Notes: a model not told the origin generated them from the letters alone. Shown: positions 1-9,722, counted from the first letter of the whole stretch. The stretch: DNA of 32,970 bases, filler included, from an uncultured virus (IMG/VR IMGVR_UViG_2522125174_000001) (6 parts of one record of this genome joined end to end with filler, not necessarily neighbours in it); one strand, 5' to 3'. Numbers and translations are program-made.

Positions 1-360
1 CACAGCCTCGATTGGTTCGTTGATGCCGTGCAAAAAGAAGTCGTCGCCACGTTACACCGCAGCCCCACCAAGATTCCGCTGACGGATGCCGGCACGCATC
101 AGCTCTTAGCGGCCGTTGAAAGCGTCTGCCGCGAAGGCGTGCGCAATGGCGCGTTTACCGCAGGGGTGTGGCGGGGTGATCCGTTTGGGCATTTACACAC
201 CGGCGAGCGGCTTGAAGACGGCTTTTATGTCTGGGTCGATACCGTTGATCGCCTCTCCAGCAGTGACCGTGAAGCCCGTAAAGCGCCCCCGATTCAAGTA
301 GCGCTGAAACTCGCCGGTGCGATTCATGCCGCTGACATTCTTGTGAACTTTGATCGTTAA
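1..360 (+). CDS. Phage tail sheath protein, C-terminal part (DUF3383-like); 5' end lies outside the window
   Basis: Frame is open from base 1 (HSLDWFVDAVQKEV...KIPLTDAG...REARKAPPIQVALKLAGAIH), a typical DUF3383 C-terminus. Lies directly upstream of the tube gene. Confidence 0.75.
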   Translation, partial: HSLDWFVDAVQKEVVATLHRSPTKIPLTDAGTHQLLAAVESVCREGVRNGAFTAGVWRGDPFGHLHTGERLEDGFYVWVDTVDRLSSSDREARKAPPIQVALKLAGAIHAADILVNFDR

Positions 361-365
361 TTCCT

Positions 366-806
366 ATGAGTACTACTTTTAGTCCCCGCGAGGTCTCTGT
401 TTTAATCAATGGCGTACGGCTCTCCGATTGGAGCGACGGCAACGATGTGATTCAGGCTAAATTGAATGCCGATGCTGGCAGCTACACGATGGGCGCGAAT
501 GGCACCGGCGTTTTTATTGCCAATCCCGATCAATCCGGCACGCTCACCCTCAAAATCAAGCAACATAGCCCAGACAATCACTATCTGGATCGCTTATTCA
601 AGCAACAGCGCTCAACCCTTAAAACCTTCACGCCGATGACGCTCTCCATTGTGGATTTACTCAATGATGACAAAGTCAGCGGCCTCAATGGCTATTTCAC
701 CACCGCCCCCGACTATACCCGCGGCATGGGCCATAACACCACCACTTGGACCCTCGTTTTTGAGCAACTCACGATTACTTTAGAAAAAGGTTTAAAACAC
801 GCATGA
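366..806 (+). CDS. Phage tail tube/structural protein
   Basis: 146 aa, beta-rich (SGTLTLKIKQHSPDN). Sits between sheath and chaperones in the canonical myovirus order. Confidence 0.7.
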   Translation: MSTTFSPREVSVLINGVRLSDWSDGNDVIQAKLNADAGSYTMGANGTGVFIANPDQSGTLTLKIKQHSPDNHYLDRLFKQQRSTLKTFTPMTLSIVDLLNDDKVSGLNGYFTTAPDYTRGMGHNTTTWTLVFEQLTITLEKGLKHA

Positions 807-1204
807 ACCCACATCAATTCGAACTGGATAGCATCACGTACCGCATGACGCCCGCTAACGCGATGGCCGGCTGGGCCGCCTTAAAGCAAGCCGGTAAATT
901 ACTTGAAGGGATTAAGGTGTCGCCGGAGAGTCAGGGTGAGATCGAAATCGGTACGCTCTTAGCCCATTTAGGCAGCCCGCAAGTCGCTGAGATCGAGCGC
1001 CTGATTTATGAACATACGACTGTTCAGAAGAGTCAAGATAAGCCGTTCCGGTTATTCCATCAGCTTGAAGTTCACTTTAATCAACATCGCTCGCACCTCA
1101 TTCGCGTTTTGCTAGAGGGCTGTAAGGTGCAATTCGCCGATTTTTTCAAAGGGGGCGCTTGGAACAGTCTAAGCGCCCTCATGCCCACGCCGGTTCAGAC
1201 CTAA
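803..1204 (+). CDS. Tail assembly chaperone (gpG-like)
   Basis: 133 aa with ATGA overlap to the tube gene. Precedes the tape measure gene and contains an in-frame T TTT TTC slippery site. Confidence 0.7.
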   Translation: MNPHQFELDSITYRMTPANAMAGWAALKQAGKLLEGIKVSPESQGEIEIGTLLAHLGSPQVAEIERLIYEHTTVQKSQDKPFRLFHQLEVHFNQHRSHLIRVLLEGCKVQFADFFKGGAWNSLSALMPTPVQT

Positions 1205-1362
1205 TCGACTGGTTTATCTGGCTACCCATCATGCGCAAGTACTGCACATTGCACGAGTTACGCACCCTATATACGTTGTCTGACTTGGTCGAGTTTCATC
1301 AAACCATAGCGCAGTGGGACACCATTCAAACCGAACTGACTCAAAACACCCATGGTCGTTGA
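1141..1362 (+). CDS. Second tail assembly chaperone segment (gpT-like), probably reached by -1 frameshift
   Basis: The -1 frame is open from the slippery heptamer at 1141-1147 to TGA 1362 (…DLIDWFIWLPIMRKYCTLHELRTLYTLSDLVEFH…). Confidence 0.6.
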   Translation, partial: FFQRGRLEQSKRPHAHAGSDLIDWFIWLPIMRKYCTLHELRTLYTLSDLVEFHQTIAQWDTIQTELTQNTHGR

Positions 1363-3136
1363 TGAATTTCTCTTTAAACTCGGCGTCGTCGCGGATCTAA
1401 AGCAAGCCAAACAATTCCGCAAAACCCTCTCCGATGTCGCCCGCAAAGCTTCAATTGCTACAACCGCCGTTAGCGTACTGGCGGGTGGCCTCACCGCTTT
1501 CTTTGCCAAAGCGTTGAACGGCCTCAATACGCTGAATCAAGCCGCACGCGAAACCGGCGTCAGCGCCGAGTATCTGCAACAACTCGGCTTTGCTGCGGCG
1601 CAAAATGGCGCGTCTCTTGAAGCGGCCACCGCCTCCGTACGCGGACTCTCTAAAGTCATCGGTGAGGCGGCCGATGGCATAGGACGTGGCGCACGCGCTT
1701 TTGAGCATTACGGCTTAAGCGCCAAAAACGCCAATGGCTCGATTAAATCCGTCACGCAGATGATGGGGGAATTGCAGGACAAAATGCAGCGCCTCTCGGA
1801 TCCTCAGCGCAGCGCCTTTTTACAAAAGATGGGCATCGATGCGGCGATGGTGCAAACGCTGCGCCTATCCAAAGCTGAGTTGCACGAGTTGATGCAAGAA
1901 GCGCACGATTTAGGGATAGCGACACAAGAGCAAGCGGATAGGGCTTCTGCCTGGGGTGATGCAATGGCCCGCGTAAATTGGATATTTAAATCGTTACAGA
2001 CACAAATTGCGTTGGGCCTGGCTCCTCAGTTGCTTCTCCTCGCAGATCGTTTCAAAGCTTTTTTATTACGCAATAAAGAGTTGATTCGAGATGGGCTAAG
2101 CCGGTTTATTGAGATTCTCTTGGCTATCGTACAAGCGCTGGTTCATACGGGGACTGCGATTGACAAAGTCATTCGACATACCGTCGGTTGGAAAACCGCC
2201 TTGTGGGCCTTAGTGGGCGTATTCATTTTAGTGAAACGGGCCGCCATTGCCGCTTTTATCACGAATCCCGTTATGTGGCTCGCTGCTGCCGTCGCAGGAC
2301 TCATCATCTTAATCGATGACTTCATGACCCATATCCAAGGCGGTGAATCCACTTTAGGCGCGTTTTGGCGGCCCTTTATAAAAGCATTCCAGTGGGCAAC
2401 CACCCTCATGCAACAAATGATCGGCCATACGCACACCTGGAAATTCGCGCTAGGGACTGTCATCACTGCGTTGGTTTGGGTCAAGCGCGCTACCCTCGCC
2501 GCTTTTTTGGCTAATCCCGTGTTTTGGATCATCACCGCCATCATCGCTTTAATCGCTCTCGTCGATGATCTATTCTCTTATCTACGAGGCGGTCCTTCAG
2601 TCATCGGCGATATCGTCGAGGCATTCAAACAGGGACTGGATACCGTAGACCAGCTTTGGCAGCGGATTCGAACTCAGGCAGAAGAATGCATTGAACGCCT
2701 CAAAGCCTTCTTCCTATCCCTATATACCTATTGCGGTAACCTGTGGGAACGCCTCGCCGATGGGATTGCACTGGCTTTTGAAGCCGCATTCACTCGCATA
2801 CAACACGCCTGGGATAGCGTCTTCGGATGGATCTCGAAAGGCTGGGACAAACTGCAAGCGAGCTTTCGTTGGATCGGCGAAAAATTGAATCTGACCCAGG
2901 GGATCGATATTGCTCAAGCGGTCAACTTGGCTTCAGCTTCCGCCCATCCAGCGGCCAGCCAGGTGATTCAGCATCACGCCAATCAGGCCAACCGGACCCA
3001 GAAAAATACCGTTCATCAAGACATTAAGATCCATATTGCGTCTTCCGATCCCGTCGCAGCAGGAAAGGCGACGGCCGATGCTCTGCGTCAACAGCGCATT
3101 GCTACGCACAATAGCCACAGTGCCGCCAAGCTATGA
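1352..3136 (+). CDS. Tail tape measure protein
   Basis: 594 aa, Ala-rich and helical, with repeated hydrophobic segments and W/F-periodic C-terminal repeats. Follows the chaperones. Confidence 0.85.
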   Translation: MVVDEFLFKLGVVADLKQAKQFRKTLSDVARKASIATTAVSVLAGGLTAFFAKALNGLNTLNQAARETGVSAEYLQQLGFAAAQNGASLEAATASVRGLSKVIGEAADGIGRGARAFEHYGLSAKNANGSIKSVTQMMGELQDKMQRLSDPQRSAFLQKMGIDAAMVQTLRLSKAELHELMQEAHDLGIATQEQADRASAWGDAMARVNWIFKSLQTQIALGLAPQLLLLADRFKAFLLRNKELIRDGLSRFIEILLAIVQALVHTGTAIDKVIRHTVGWKTALWALVGVFILVKRAAIAAFITNPVMWLAAAVAGLIILIDDFMTHIQGGESTLGAFWRPFIKAFQWATTLMQQMIGHTHTWKFALGTVITALVWVKRATLAAFLANPVFWIITAIIALIALVDDLFSYLRGGPSVIGDIVEAFKQGLDTVDQLWQRIRTQAEECIERLKAFFLSLYTYCGNLWERLADGIALAFEAAFTRIQHAWDSVFGWISKGWDKLQASFRWIGEKLNLTQGIDIAQAVNLASASAHPAASQVIQHHANQANRTQKNTVHQDIKIHIASSDPVAAGKATADALRQQRIATHNSHSAAKL

Positions 3137-3873
3137 GCATCTCGGTGCTGCATCGCCGCATTGGCACCGTCACGCTCGATGCAACGCTCGCTGAGCAACA
3201 TCAGTCGGTGTTACGCATTTCTGAAAACCCGATTGAATCTGGTGCGTTGATTGCCGATCATGCGGCGCTTGAGCCCAAACAAGTTACGATCACGGGGATT
3301 GTGACCGATTACCAGCCACCGCCCGCGATTCCAACCGGCATGACGGGGTCGCTGCTGCGCCAAAGTCCAGACTTTTTTAATCAGCTCCCTTTACCGACCG
3401 AAGTCAAATCAGTCACGATGCAATCCGCCTCGCGGATACGGCGCGAACTCGGCTCTGCACACAATGTTCAGCAGAGTACCGCTACGGCTCTTCAACCAGT
3501 TCGACCTTTGGCGCCATGGCTGCCGATTGGGTCTGGAATTGATTCAACTGCCAGTAACGAGCGTGTTCAGCAGGTCTATGAAGCCTTACTGGACTTACAG
3601 AGGTCAGCCGAAACCATCGAAATTATGACTGGCGCCAGGCTCTACAGCAATATGCTGCTACAGGCGATTAGCCTAAATCAACTGCAAGAGGGCGTGGCGG
3701 AATTCACTTTGACCTGCCGAGAAATCGTGATCGTCAACACGCACGCCATCGCAGGTATCAAACGGGCTTCTGGCAGAGCGGGCAAGCAAGCGGCCTCTAA
3801 AACGCAAAAAGGCAAAGTGCAGCTCCAATCGGCAGACAAAAAGAAATCCCTGCTCAAGCATTTATTGGGCTGA
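3133..3873 (+). CDS. Phage baseplate/distal tail protein
   Basis: N-terminal IGTVTLDATLAEQH…ISENPIESGALIADHA motif; position after the tape measure gene; ATGA overlap. Confidence 0.7.
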   Translation: MSISVLHRRIGTVTLDATLAEQHQSVLRISENPIESGALIADHAALEPKQVTITGIVTDYQPPPAIPTGMTGSLLRQSPDFFNQLPLPTEVKSVTMQSASRIRRELGSAHNVQQSTATALQPVRPLAPWLPIGSGIDSTASNERVQQVYEALLDLQRSAETIEIMTGARLYSNMLLQAISLNQLQEGVAEFTLTCREIVIVNTHAIAGIKRASGRAGKQAASKTQKGKVQLQSADKKKSLLKHLLG

Positions 3874-3876
3874 CAT

Positions 3877-4194
3877 ATGTATCAGATTCCGGTTGATTCC
3901 GCACCCTATCAAGAAATGACGATTGCGTTTAAAGCGCATGCGTTGCGCTTAACGCTACGCTACAACAGCCTCGTCGATTATTGGGCGCTGGATGTCTTCG
4001 ATTTAAAGCGTGACCGCTATACCACTCAAGGGCAGCCGCTGGTTGTGGGTGTGCCGATTTTATGGCGCAGACCGGTTGAGTATTGCTTCATCCTCACCGA
4101 CGAAAGCGGTATCGGCCTTGATCCAGTCGGCGGAGAGGATTTAGGCCAGCGCTGTTTCCTGTATATCGTTGATAAAACGCAGATTCCTCTATGA
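3877..4194 (+). CDS. Small phage baseplate protein
   Basis: 105 aa, tightly coupled in the tail operon. LRYN…W.LD…G.PLV.G pattern. Confidence 0.6.
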   Translation: MYQIPVDSAPYQEMTIAFKAHALRLTLRYNSLVDYWALDVFDLKRDRYTTQGQPLVVGVPILWRRPVEYCFILTDESGIGLDPVGGEDLGQRCFLYIVDKTQIPL

Positions 4195-5021
4195 AACAAT
4201 TTGGCCGACGCTATCAGTTGGCGCTGGGCAATCTACACGATGGGTTATTCATTGATGCACTGCGCGTTTCGTTTGACCTCTGTAAAACTATTGACGCTAA
4301 ACCCAATCCGGCTCAGCTCTGCATTTGGAATCTGAATCGCACACATCTCAATCAGCTCTTAAGTGGCACATTTAAACGAATCGCTTTATCTGTGGGCTAT
4401 GCAGAGCTGCGCTTACTGTATACCGGCGACATCCTCAAAGCCACGCTACAGCGCGATGGACTCGATTCGATTCTGGTGTTGGAGTGTGCGGATGGCGACA
4501 CCGATTATCGGCATGCGCGTGTCTCGCTCACGCTCAAAGCCGGTACTTCCGATCAACAGGCGATCCAACAGCTTGCACAATCCTTGGATCAAACCCAACT
4601 CGGTACCGTGGCTCAAGGTCGGCTGAATAGTCTACCTCGTGGGCGTGTCTTTTGCGGTAATACCCGCGATGCATTGCATCAAATCGCTCAGGCCAATCAG
4701 GCTGACTGGTCGATTCAAGATGGTGAATTGCTGATGCTGCCTGCCCAGCAGGTGTTAGCGGATGAAGTTACTTTGGTTTCACAAGACACCGGCATGATCA
4801 GCGCGCCTGAAGCGAGCGAAGACGGGCTGATCGTCACCACCTTACTGAATCCCGCCATCCGCATCGGCAGCTTAGTGCGTGTGCACTCTGTCACCGAATC
4901 CTTCAATGGCGATTATAAAGTCGTCAGCGTCTCACATTGTGGCGATACCTATGGCAATGAGTGGCTCACCACAATAACGGCTGTAGGCGGGGCCTTTACG
5001 CCTATTAAGGATAAATCATGA
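4191..5021 (+). CDS. Baseplate hub protein
   Basis: 276 aa with MKQFGR…PNPA…IWNL…WSIQDG…TGMI..P…LLNP motifs. Lies upstream of the spike gene. Confidence 0.7.
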   Translation: MKQFGRRYQLALGNLHDGLFIDALRVSFDLCKTIDAKPNPAQLCIWNLNRTHLNQLLSGTFKRIALSVGYAELRLLYTGDILKATLQRDGLDSILVLECADGDTDYRHARVSLTLKAGTSDQQAIQQLAQSLDQTQLGTVAQGRLNSLPRGRVFCGNTRDALHQIAQANQADWSIQDGELLMLPAQQVLADEVTLVSQDTGMISAPEASEDGLIVTTLLNPAIRIGSLVRVHSVTESFNGDYKVVSVSHCGDTYGNEWLTTITAVGGAFTPIKDKS

Positions 5022-5419
5022 AATGGCATACCCCTTCCCTCGATGCCGCTATTGAGGCGGGCATTACTGCCGCACTCAAAAAGCTGCATGTCGCCTTGCC
5101 AGGTCGAATTGTGAGCTTTGATCCCAGCACGCAAACCGCTTCCGTACAGCCATTGATCGAGCAGATTATACAGAATGATCAAGCCGCGCCTTTGCCGATG
5201 CTCACCGATGTGCCAGTGCACTTTCCACGCGGCGGGGCGTTTGTCATGACTTTTCCGGTGGCGCCAGGCGATGAATGCCTCATTCTCTTTGCTGAGCGTT
5301 GCATCGATGGTTGGTTTGCCAGTGGGCAATCTAGCATTCCGCTGGATTATCGCTTGCATGATCTATCCGATGGCTTTGCGTTAGTCGGATTTTCTTCTTT
5401 GCTTCGCGCTATTCCAGAG
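5018..5419 (+). pseudogene. Gp138-like baseplate spike protein, truncated by an IS insertion
   Basis: ALPGRIVSFDP…VPVHFPRGG…FPVAPGDECLILFAERCIDGW…LHDLSD is the Gp138 N-terminal signature. The frame runs into an IS end at 5420. Confidence 0.75.
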
Positions 5420-5514
5420 TGGATTAGCCCCCCTATAACCGGACACTATTTCACAGTTGGTTTACTAAACTTATCTGCTTCCTAAACTCACGCGGGGACC
5501 GGTACTGCAATGCG
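5420..5514 (-). mobile_element. Right end of an IS2-like (IS3 family) element
   Basis: Begins TGGATTAGCCCCCC, similar to the IS2 terminal repeat. Minus strand encodes ALQYRSPREF, an IS3-family OrfB C-terminus. Cut off by an assembly linker. Confidence 0.7.
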
Positions 5515-5647
5515 NNNNNNNNNNNNNNNNNNNNNNNNNNNNNNNNNNNNNNNNNNNNTTAATTAATTAANNNNNNNNNNNNNNNNNNNNNNNNNNNNNN
5601 NNNNNNNNNNNNNNCATTATTAAAACACTCTGCCTGTCTTAAAAAAC

Positions 5648-6793
5648 ATGGCTCAGCTCACCGAGCAAGGGTTCATCATTGAGCGATTGGATACCAATCT
5701 TGCTCAGCTCGATGCAGGTTTTCGCACGATTTATGGCGCGGACATCAATACCGATCCTGATAGTCCTGATGGGCAGCTCATTGGCCTCATCGCCCAAATT
5801 AAAACCGATCTAGAAGAGCTTGCTGAATCCATTTACAAAGCGCTCGATCCCGAAGCCGCCAGCGGCGTTTGGCTTGAACAGCGCGTCGCCTATGCCGGAC
5901 TCACGCGCAGACAAGCACGCTATAGCTATCTGCGCAATGTGATCTTAACGGGCGAACCAAGCACAAGCATACCTGCTGGCGCAGCCCTCACCGACCCGCA
6001 TCATCGCCGTTGGATTGTCGTGGCCGATACCACGCTGAATGAAAATGGCTCGGCGCACGCTGATTTAAGAAGCGAAGCACTTGGTGCATTTCCCCTGCCC
6101 GCACACACCGAACTCACCCTCGAAACGCTCTTTTTAGGCTGGCGCTCAGCTCAAAGCAGCGAAACCGCAGAAGTCGGAGAAGAGGAAGAAACCGATGCTG
6201 AGCTGCGACGCCGGTTCTTTATTAGCCGTGCAAAAGCGGCTCAAAACTCCGTCGATGGGATGATCGTTAAGTTGCTCCAACTCGCCGATGTTCGCCAAGC
6301 CGTCTGTTTAGAAAATAACACGGATCGAACCGATACGAATGGGGTACCCGCGCATAGCCTCAATATGATTGTAGAAGGCGGCTCGGATGCCGAGATTGCA
6401 CAGGTGATCTTTGAGAATAAAACCGCCGGAACTGGACTACGCGGTTCAGTAGAAACGCAGATTCTCGACAACAAGGGGATGGCGCGCTCAATCCGCTTTG
6501 ATCGGCCTGCGGTCATCGCTTGCGCCGCTTACCTCGAGGTGCGCCGCAATGTCCATTTTACTGCCGTCGACGTCGAGGCGATTAAAGCCACACTAACAAG
6601 AACCGCGTTCAGCATTGGCGAAACCGTACTGCTCTCGCGCCTCTATAGCCCCATCAATACCGTACAGGGGTTTTGGGTGGAAACGCTCAACATTGGCCGA
6701 CACGGCCAAACGCTTACCGCCAGCAATATTGAAATCGGTGTGCGTGAGATGGCCCGCTTCGCCCCTACTGATATTGAAGTCGTCGTGCTCTAG
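5648..6793 (+). CDS. Baseplate J/gp47-like wedge protein
   Basis: 381 aa with SPDGQLIG, G.EEETDAELRRR and ENNT…NGVPAHS…VEGG motifs. Confidence 0.85.
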   Translation: MAQLTEQGFIIERLDTNLAQLDAGFRTIYGADINTDPDSPDGQLIGLIAQIKTDLEELAESIYKALDPEAASGVWLEQRVAYAGLTRRQARYSYLRNVILTGEPSTSIPAGAALTDPHHRRWIVVADTTLNENGSAHADLRSEALGAFPLPAHTELTLETLFLGWRSAQSSETAEVGEEEETDAELRRRFFISRAKAAQNSVDGMIVKLLQLADVRQAVCLENNTDRTDTNGVPAHSLNMIVEGGSDAEIAQVIFENKTAGTGLRGSVETQILDNKGMARSIRFDRPAVIACAAYLEVRRNVHFTAVDVEAIKATLTRTAFSIGETVLLSRLYSPINTVQGFWVETLNIGRHGQTLTASNIEIGVREMARFAPTDIEVVVL

Positions 6794-6805
6794 GGACCAA
6801 CGATC

Positions 6806-7459
6806 ATGACCTATGAACCGCTTCTCATCTGGCAGTATAAAGGCAAGCCCAAAGCACGTGCTACCGCACAACTGATCGATCACTATTTTAGCGAAACCTG
6901 GCGCGGCCTCGCTGATTTACCGAATGTGCTCAACATTGAGACCGCTTCGGGCAAAAATCTCGATTTAGTCGGTCAACATGTCGGCCAATCTCGCATTTTA
7001 AAAGGGCTGGCCCCTCGCAGCTTGTTCGGCTTTGAGCGCGCCCCTGGCGCTCAAGGTCTCAGCCGGTTAGGTGTGGGGGGCGGCAAATGGTACCGCAAGG
7101 GCGATGTCATTACCGATTCCGTCGTGCTCGATGACGATGATTTTAGGTTTCTCATCAAATGCCGCATCGCCAAAAACCATATGACGGGTACCCTCCCTGA
7201 CATTACACACGCGCTGGATTTTATCTTTGGCGGGCAAGCCAGTGTCTATGACCCGTGCGATATGAGTTTTACCGTCACCATTCGCAGCGATCAAATTACC
7301 GCCTTTAAACGCTATGCAATTCAGACTTTAGATATTTTGCCGCGCCCAGCAGGCGTTAACGTCAAATATGTCGTCTTAGCCAACCTCACCGCTTTCGGAT
7401 TCGCCGGCTCACCTGGCGCATTCGCTTTTAACCATGGAAAATTTGCGAGGTATTTATGA
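6806..7459 (+). CDS. DUF2612-like baseplate protein
   Basis: LLIWQY..KPKA, A.G..LDLVG..VG.SR, L.DDDFR.LIK..I.KN and LPRPAGV motifs. Confidence 0.8.
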   Translation: MTYEPLLIWQYKGKPKARATAQLIDHYFSETWRGLADLPNVLNIETASGKNLDLVGQHVGQSRILKGLAPRSLFGFERAPGAQGLSRLGVGGGKWYRKGDVITDSVVLDDDDFRFLIKCRIAKNHMTGTLPDITHALDFIFGGQASVYDPCDMSFTVTIRSDQITAFKRYAIQTLDILPRPAGVNVKYVVLANLTAFGFAGSPGAFAFNHGKFARYL

Positions 7460-8445
7460 CCCTTTATCAACGTCCTGATGAACACGTCTTTGCTCAGGGC
7501 GCGCGCCCTGGCGAAGTTCAGCCCTTTCCCGATCTCTCTCGCGGTTGGGGCGTTGCCTTTGAGCAGACCGGCGGCATCCCACCGATGGAGTGGTTCAATT
7601 TTATCGGCAAACGCGCTGATGAAGCCATTCGCTATTTGATGCAGCGTGGCTTGCCCGAATGGTCCGAGACCGAAGACTATCCTGAAGGCAGTTATATTCA
7701 ATATTCTGGTAAAACCTATCGCGCCAAAGCAGCGAATCAAGGCAAACCACCTCAAATCAGCTTAGCCGAATGGGAAGAATGGGGCCTGACGCGTGAAGCG
7801 CTCGATGCGCATTTTCACCCCAAAGACGGCGAGTTGGCTTGGCCTAAAATCACCGAAACGCCCACCACATTAAACGGATACGGAATCACAGATGCGGCTA
7901 CGGCTCAAGAAGTACAAAACGAGTTCACCGCACTTCATCAGCGCTTTCATCCTAAAAACGGGCCATTGCCTTGGGCAAAAATTTCTGACAAACCCTCAAC
8001 GCTCACCGGATACGGCATTACAGATGCTGCGCCCATTGCGAACCCAGCTTTCACCGGACAGCCTACCGCACCCACTCCGTCAGCTCAAGACAGCAGTACC
8101 CGGATCGCTACCACCGCTTCCACCTGGGCCACCCTTCTTAGCCTCTTCACTGGACCAAACCGACAATCCTTTCAAGACAACGGATTCCAGAAACTTCCAG
8201 GCGGCCTCATTCTCCAATGGGGTTTCACCTCTACCCACGGCAATGGAATGTCTAATGTGATTTTCCCTATCAAGTTTTCAACGAAATGTCTGGCCATTCA
8301 TGGCACTCATCTCGGCACTGGATGTGCAACCGTCATCGAATATGTCGGGACTCGAACCAATATCGGCGCCACATTGCGCACTCTCGATGAAAATGCCATG
8401 ACCCGCGCAGGATGGGGCCTTCATTGGTTTGCTATTGGACATTAA
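7456..8445 (+). CDS. Tail fibre protein
   Basis: Two FHPK.G.L.W.KI…P.TL.GYGITDA repeats, FTG.PTAPTP…T.IATTA, and a C-terminal GFQKLPGGLILQWG (gp53-like) tip domain. Confidence 0.85.
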   Translation: MTLYQRPDEHVFAQGARPGEVQPFPDLSRGWGVAFEQTGGIPPMEWFNFIGKRADEAIRYLMQRGLPEWSETEDYPEGSYIQYSGKTYRAKAANQGKPPQISLAEWEEWGLTREALDAHFHPKDGELAWPKITETPTTLNGYGITDAATAQEVQNEFTALHQRFHPKNGPLPWAKISDKPSTLTGYGITDAAPIANPAFTGQPTAPTPSAQDSSTRIATTASTWATLLSLFTGPNRQSFQDNGFQKLPGGLILQWGFTSTHGNGMSNVIFPIKFSTKCLAIHGTHLGTGCATVIEYVGTRTNIGATLRTLDENAMTRAGWGLHWFAIGH

Positions 8446-8497
8446 TTTGCCCTCTCACGTCTATTCTTCTGTTTTCTATTTAAACCCACTTCATAGT

Positions 8498-8917
8498 ATG
8501 ACTTTTTATTATTCAAAATCAGAACCCGGATTTTACTGCGTCGGCATACATGGCGATAACATCCCTAAAGATGCTGTCTCGATTACTCAAGAAGAGCACA
8601 CCGCATTGCTCAATGCCCAATCCAAAGGTAAATGGATCCAGTCTGATGAGAACGGCTACCCAGTGGCGGTTGACCCGCCTCCACTTACCCCTGAGGAGTG
8701 GGCCGACATTAATTTACGCCGTCGACAAGCTCGGTTGAGTCAAGCGGCTTTAAAAGTCGCTCCTTTACAAGATGCCGTAGACCTCAACATCGCCACGGAT
8801 GACGAAAAACAGCTTCTCAAAGAATGGAAACTTTATCGGGTCGCTCTCAACCGCATCGAGCAGCACTCTAGCCTTTCCGCCGAGATCGAATGGCCTAAAC
8901 CGCCTGATGAGAAGTAA
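8498..8917 (+). CDS. tfa: Tail fibre assembly chaperone
   Basis: ATG at 8498 preferred (MTFYYSKS…GFY). APLQDAVDL.IATDDE…W..YRVALNRI…WP.PP Tfa signature. Confidence 0.85.
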   Translation: MTFYYSKSEPGFYCVGIHGDNIPKDAVSITQEEHTALLNAQSKGKWIQSDENGYPVAVDPPPLTPEEWADINLRRRQARLSQAALKVAPLQDAVDLNIATDDEKQLLKEWKLYRVALNRIEQHSSLSAEIEWPKPPDEK

Positions 8918-8935
8918 ATTCAATCGATAGTGTGC

Positions 8936-8962
8936 AGACCGCCTTAGAGCGGTCTTTTTTTT
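8936..8962 (+). terminator. Rho-independent terminator-like hairpin
   Basis: AGACCGC-cttaga-GCGGTCT followed by a T-tract. Conserved in the second copy at 23932. Confidence 0.7.
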
Positions 8963-8986
8963 CGTCTACACACTTATAAAAAATTC

Positions 8987-9412
8987 ATGACCGACACCTT
9001 TGACAGGGCCGCACTCATTTCAGAGCTTAAACGCGATGAAGGCGAGCGCTTTAAACCCTACTTCGATACCGTAGGCAAAATCACCATCGGCGTGGGACGA
9101 AATCTCACCGATGGGGGCATCTCTCAGAGCGAATGCGAGATTCTTTTACACAACGATATTGAAAATACGCTCGCGTGGCTGGATAGAAATCTCCCATGGT
9201 GGCGCATTCTCGATACAGTGCGGCAACGCGTACTCATCAACATGGCCTTTAACCTCGGTGGCAAGCTTCTGACTTTTGGTAACACGCTCGTCGCTATCCA
9301 ACACAACGATTACGCAGCCGCGGCTAACGGTATGCTCGCCTCTAAATGGGCTACTCAGGTCGGCCAACGAGCACTGCGCTTGGCTAATACGATGCGCACC
9401 GGAAAAATTTAA
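8987..9412 (+). CDS. Endolysin (GH24/T4-like lysozyme)
   Basis: LKRDEG.R.KPY.DTVGK.TIGVGRNL, NMAFNLG and SKWA.QVG.RA.RL motifs. Confidence 0.9.
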   Translation: MTDTFDRAALISELKRDEGERFKPYFDTVGKITIGVGRNLTDGGISQSECEILLHNDIENTLAWLDRNLPWWRILDTVRQRVLINMAFNLGGKLLTFGNTLVAIQHNDYAAAANGMLASKWATQVGQRALRLANTMRTGKI

Positions 9413-9428
9413 CTCTCAATATTAAAAA

Positions 9429-9722
9429 ATGAATCTTCACGAACATGATCGAACGCTGCTTGCCACATTGGCTGCGATGGGCGCAGCGATTGCGATTGGC
9501 AAATTGCTCACCGGTGGCGAGAAAATCACCGCTCGGCTGATTATCGGGCGCATGATTGTAGGGGCCGGCTTAAGCGTCGCCGCGAGCTCGATTCTCATGC
9601 TCTTGCCTGAACTCTCTCCGATCGCTGTTACAGGCCTCGGTGCAGCACTCGGCATTCTCGGCCAATCTTATTTGGAATGGGCTGTACAGCGCTGGTTAGG
9701 CAAACGCAACCATGCTGAATAA
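9429..9722 (+). CDS. Holin
   Basis: 97 aa with about three hydrophobic segments and a basic C-terminus. Lies between the lysozyme and Rz-like genes. Confidence 0.8.
   Translation: MNLHEHDRTLLATLAAMGAAIAIGKLLTGGEKITARLIIGRMIVGAGLSVAASSILMLLPELSPIAVTGLGAALGILGQSYLEWAVQRWLGKRNHAE

Noticed and set aside
5515..5613. TTAATTAATTAA flanked by N-runs (also within 10712-10811, 13743-13842, 17259-17358, 23186-23284)
   Set aside because: Artificial contig linker with stops in all six frames. The ORF ends it creates are not biological.
8429..8497. TTG start extending tfa by 23 codons (also 23425)
   Set aside because: The extension overlaps the fibre stop and looks non-coding. The family-typical start is the ATG at 8498/23494.
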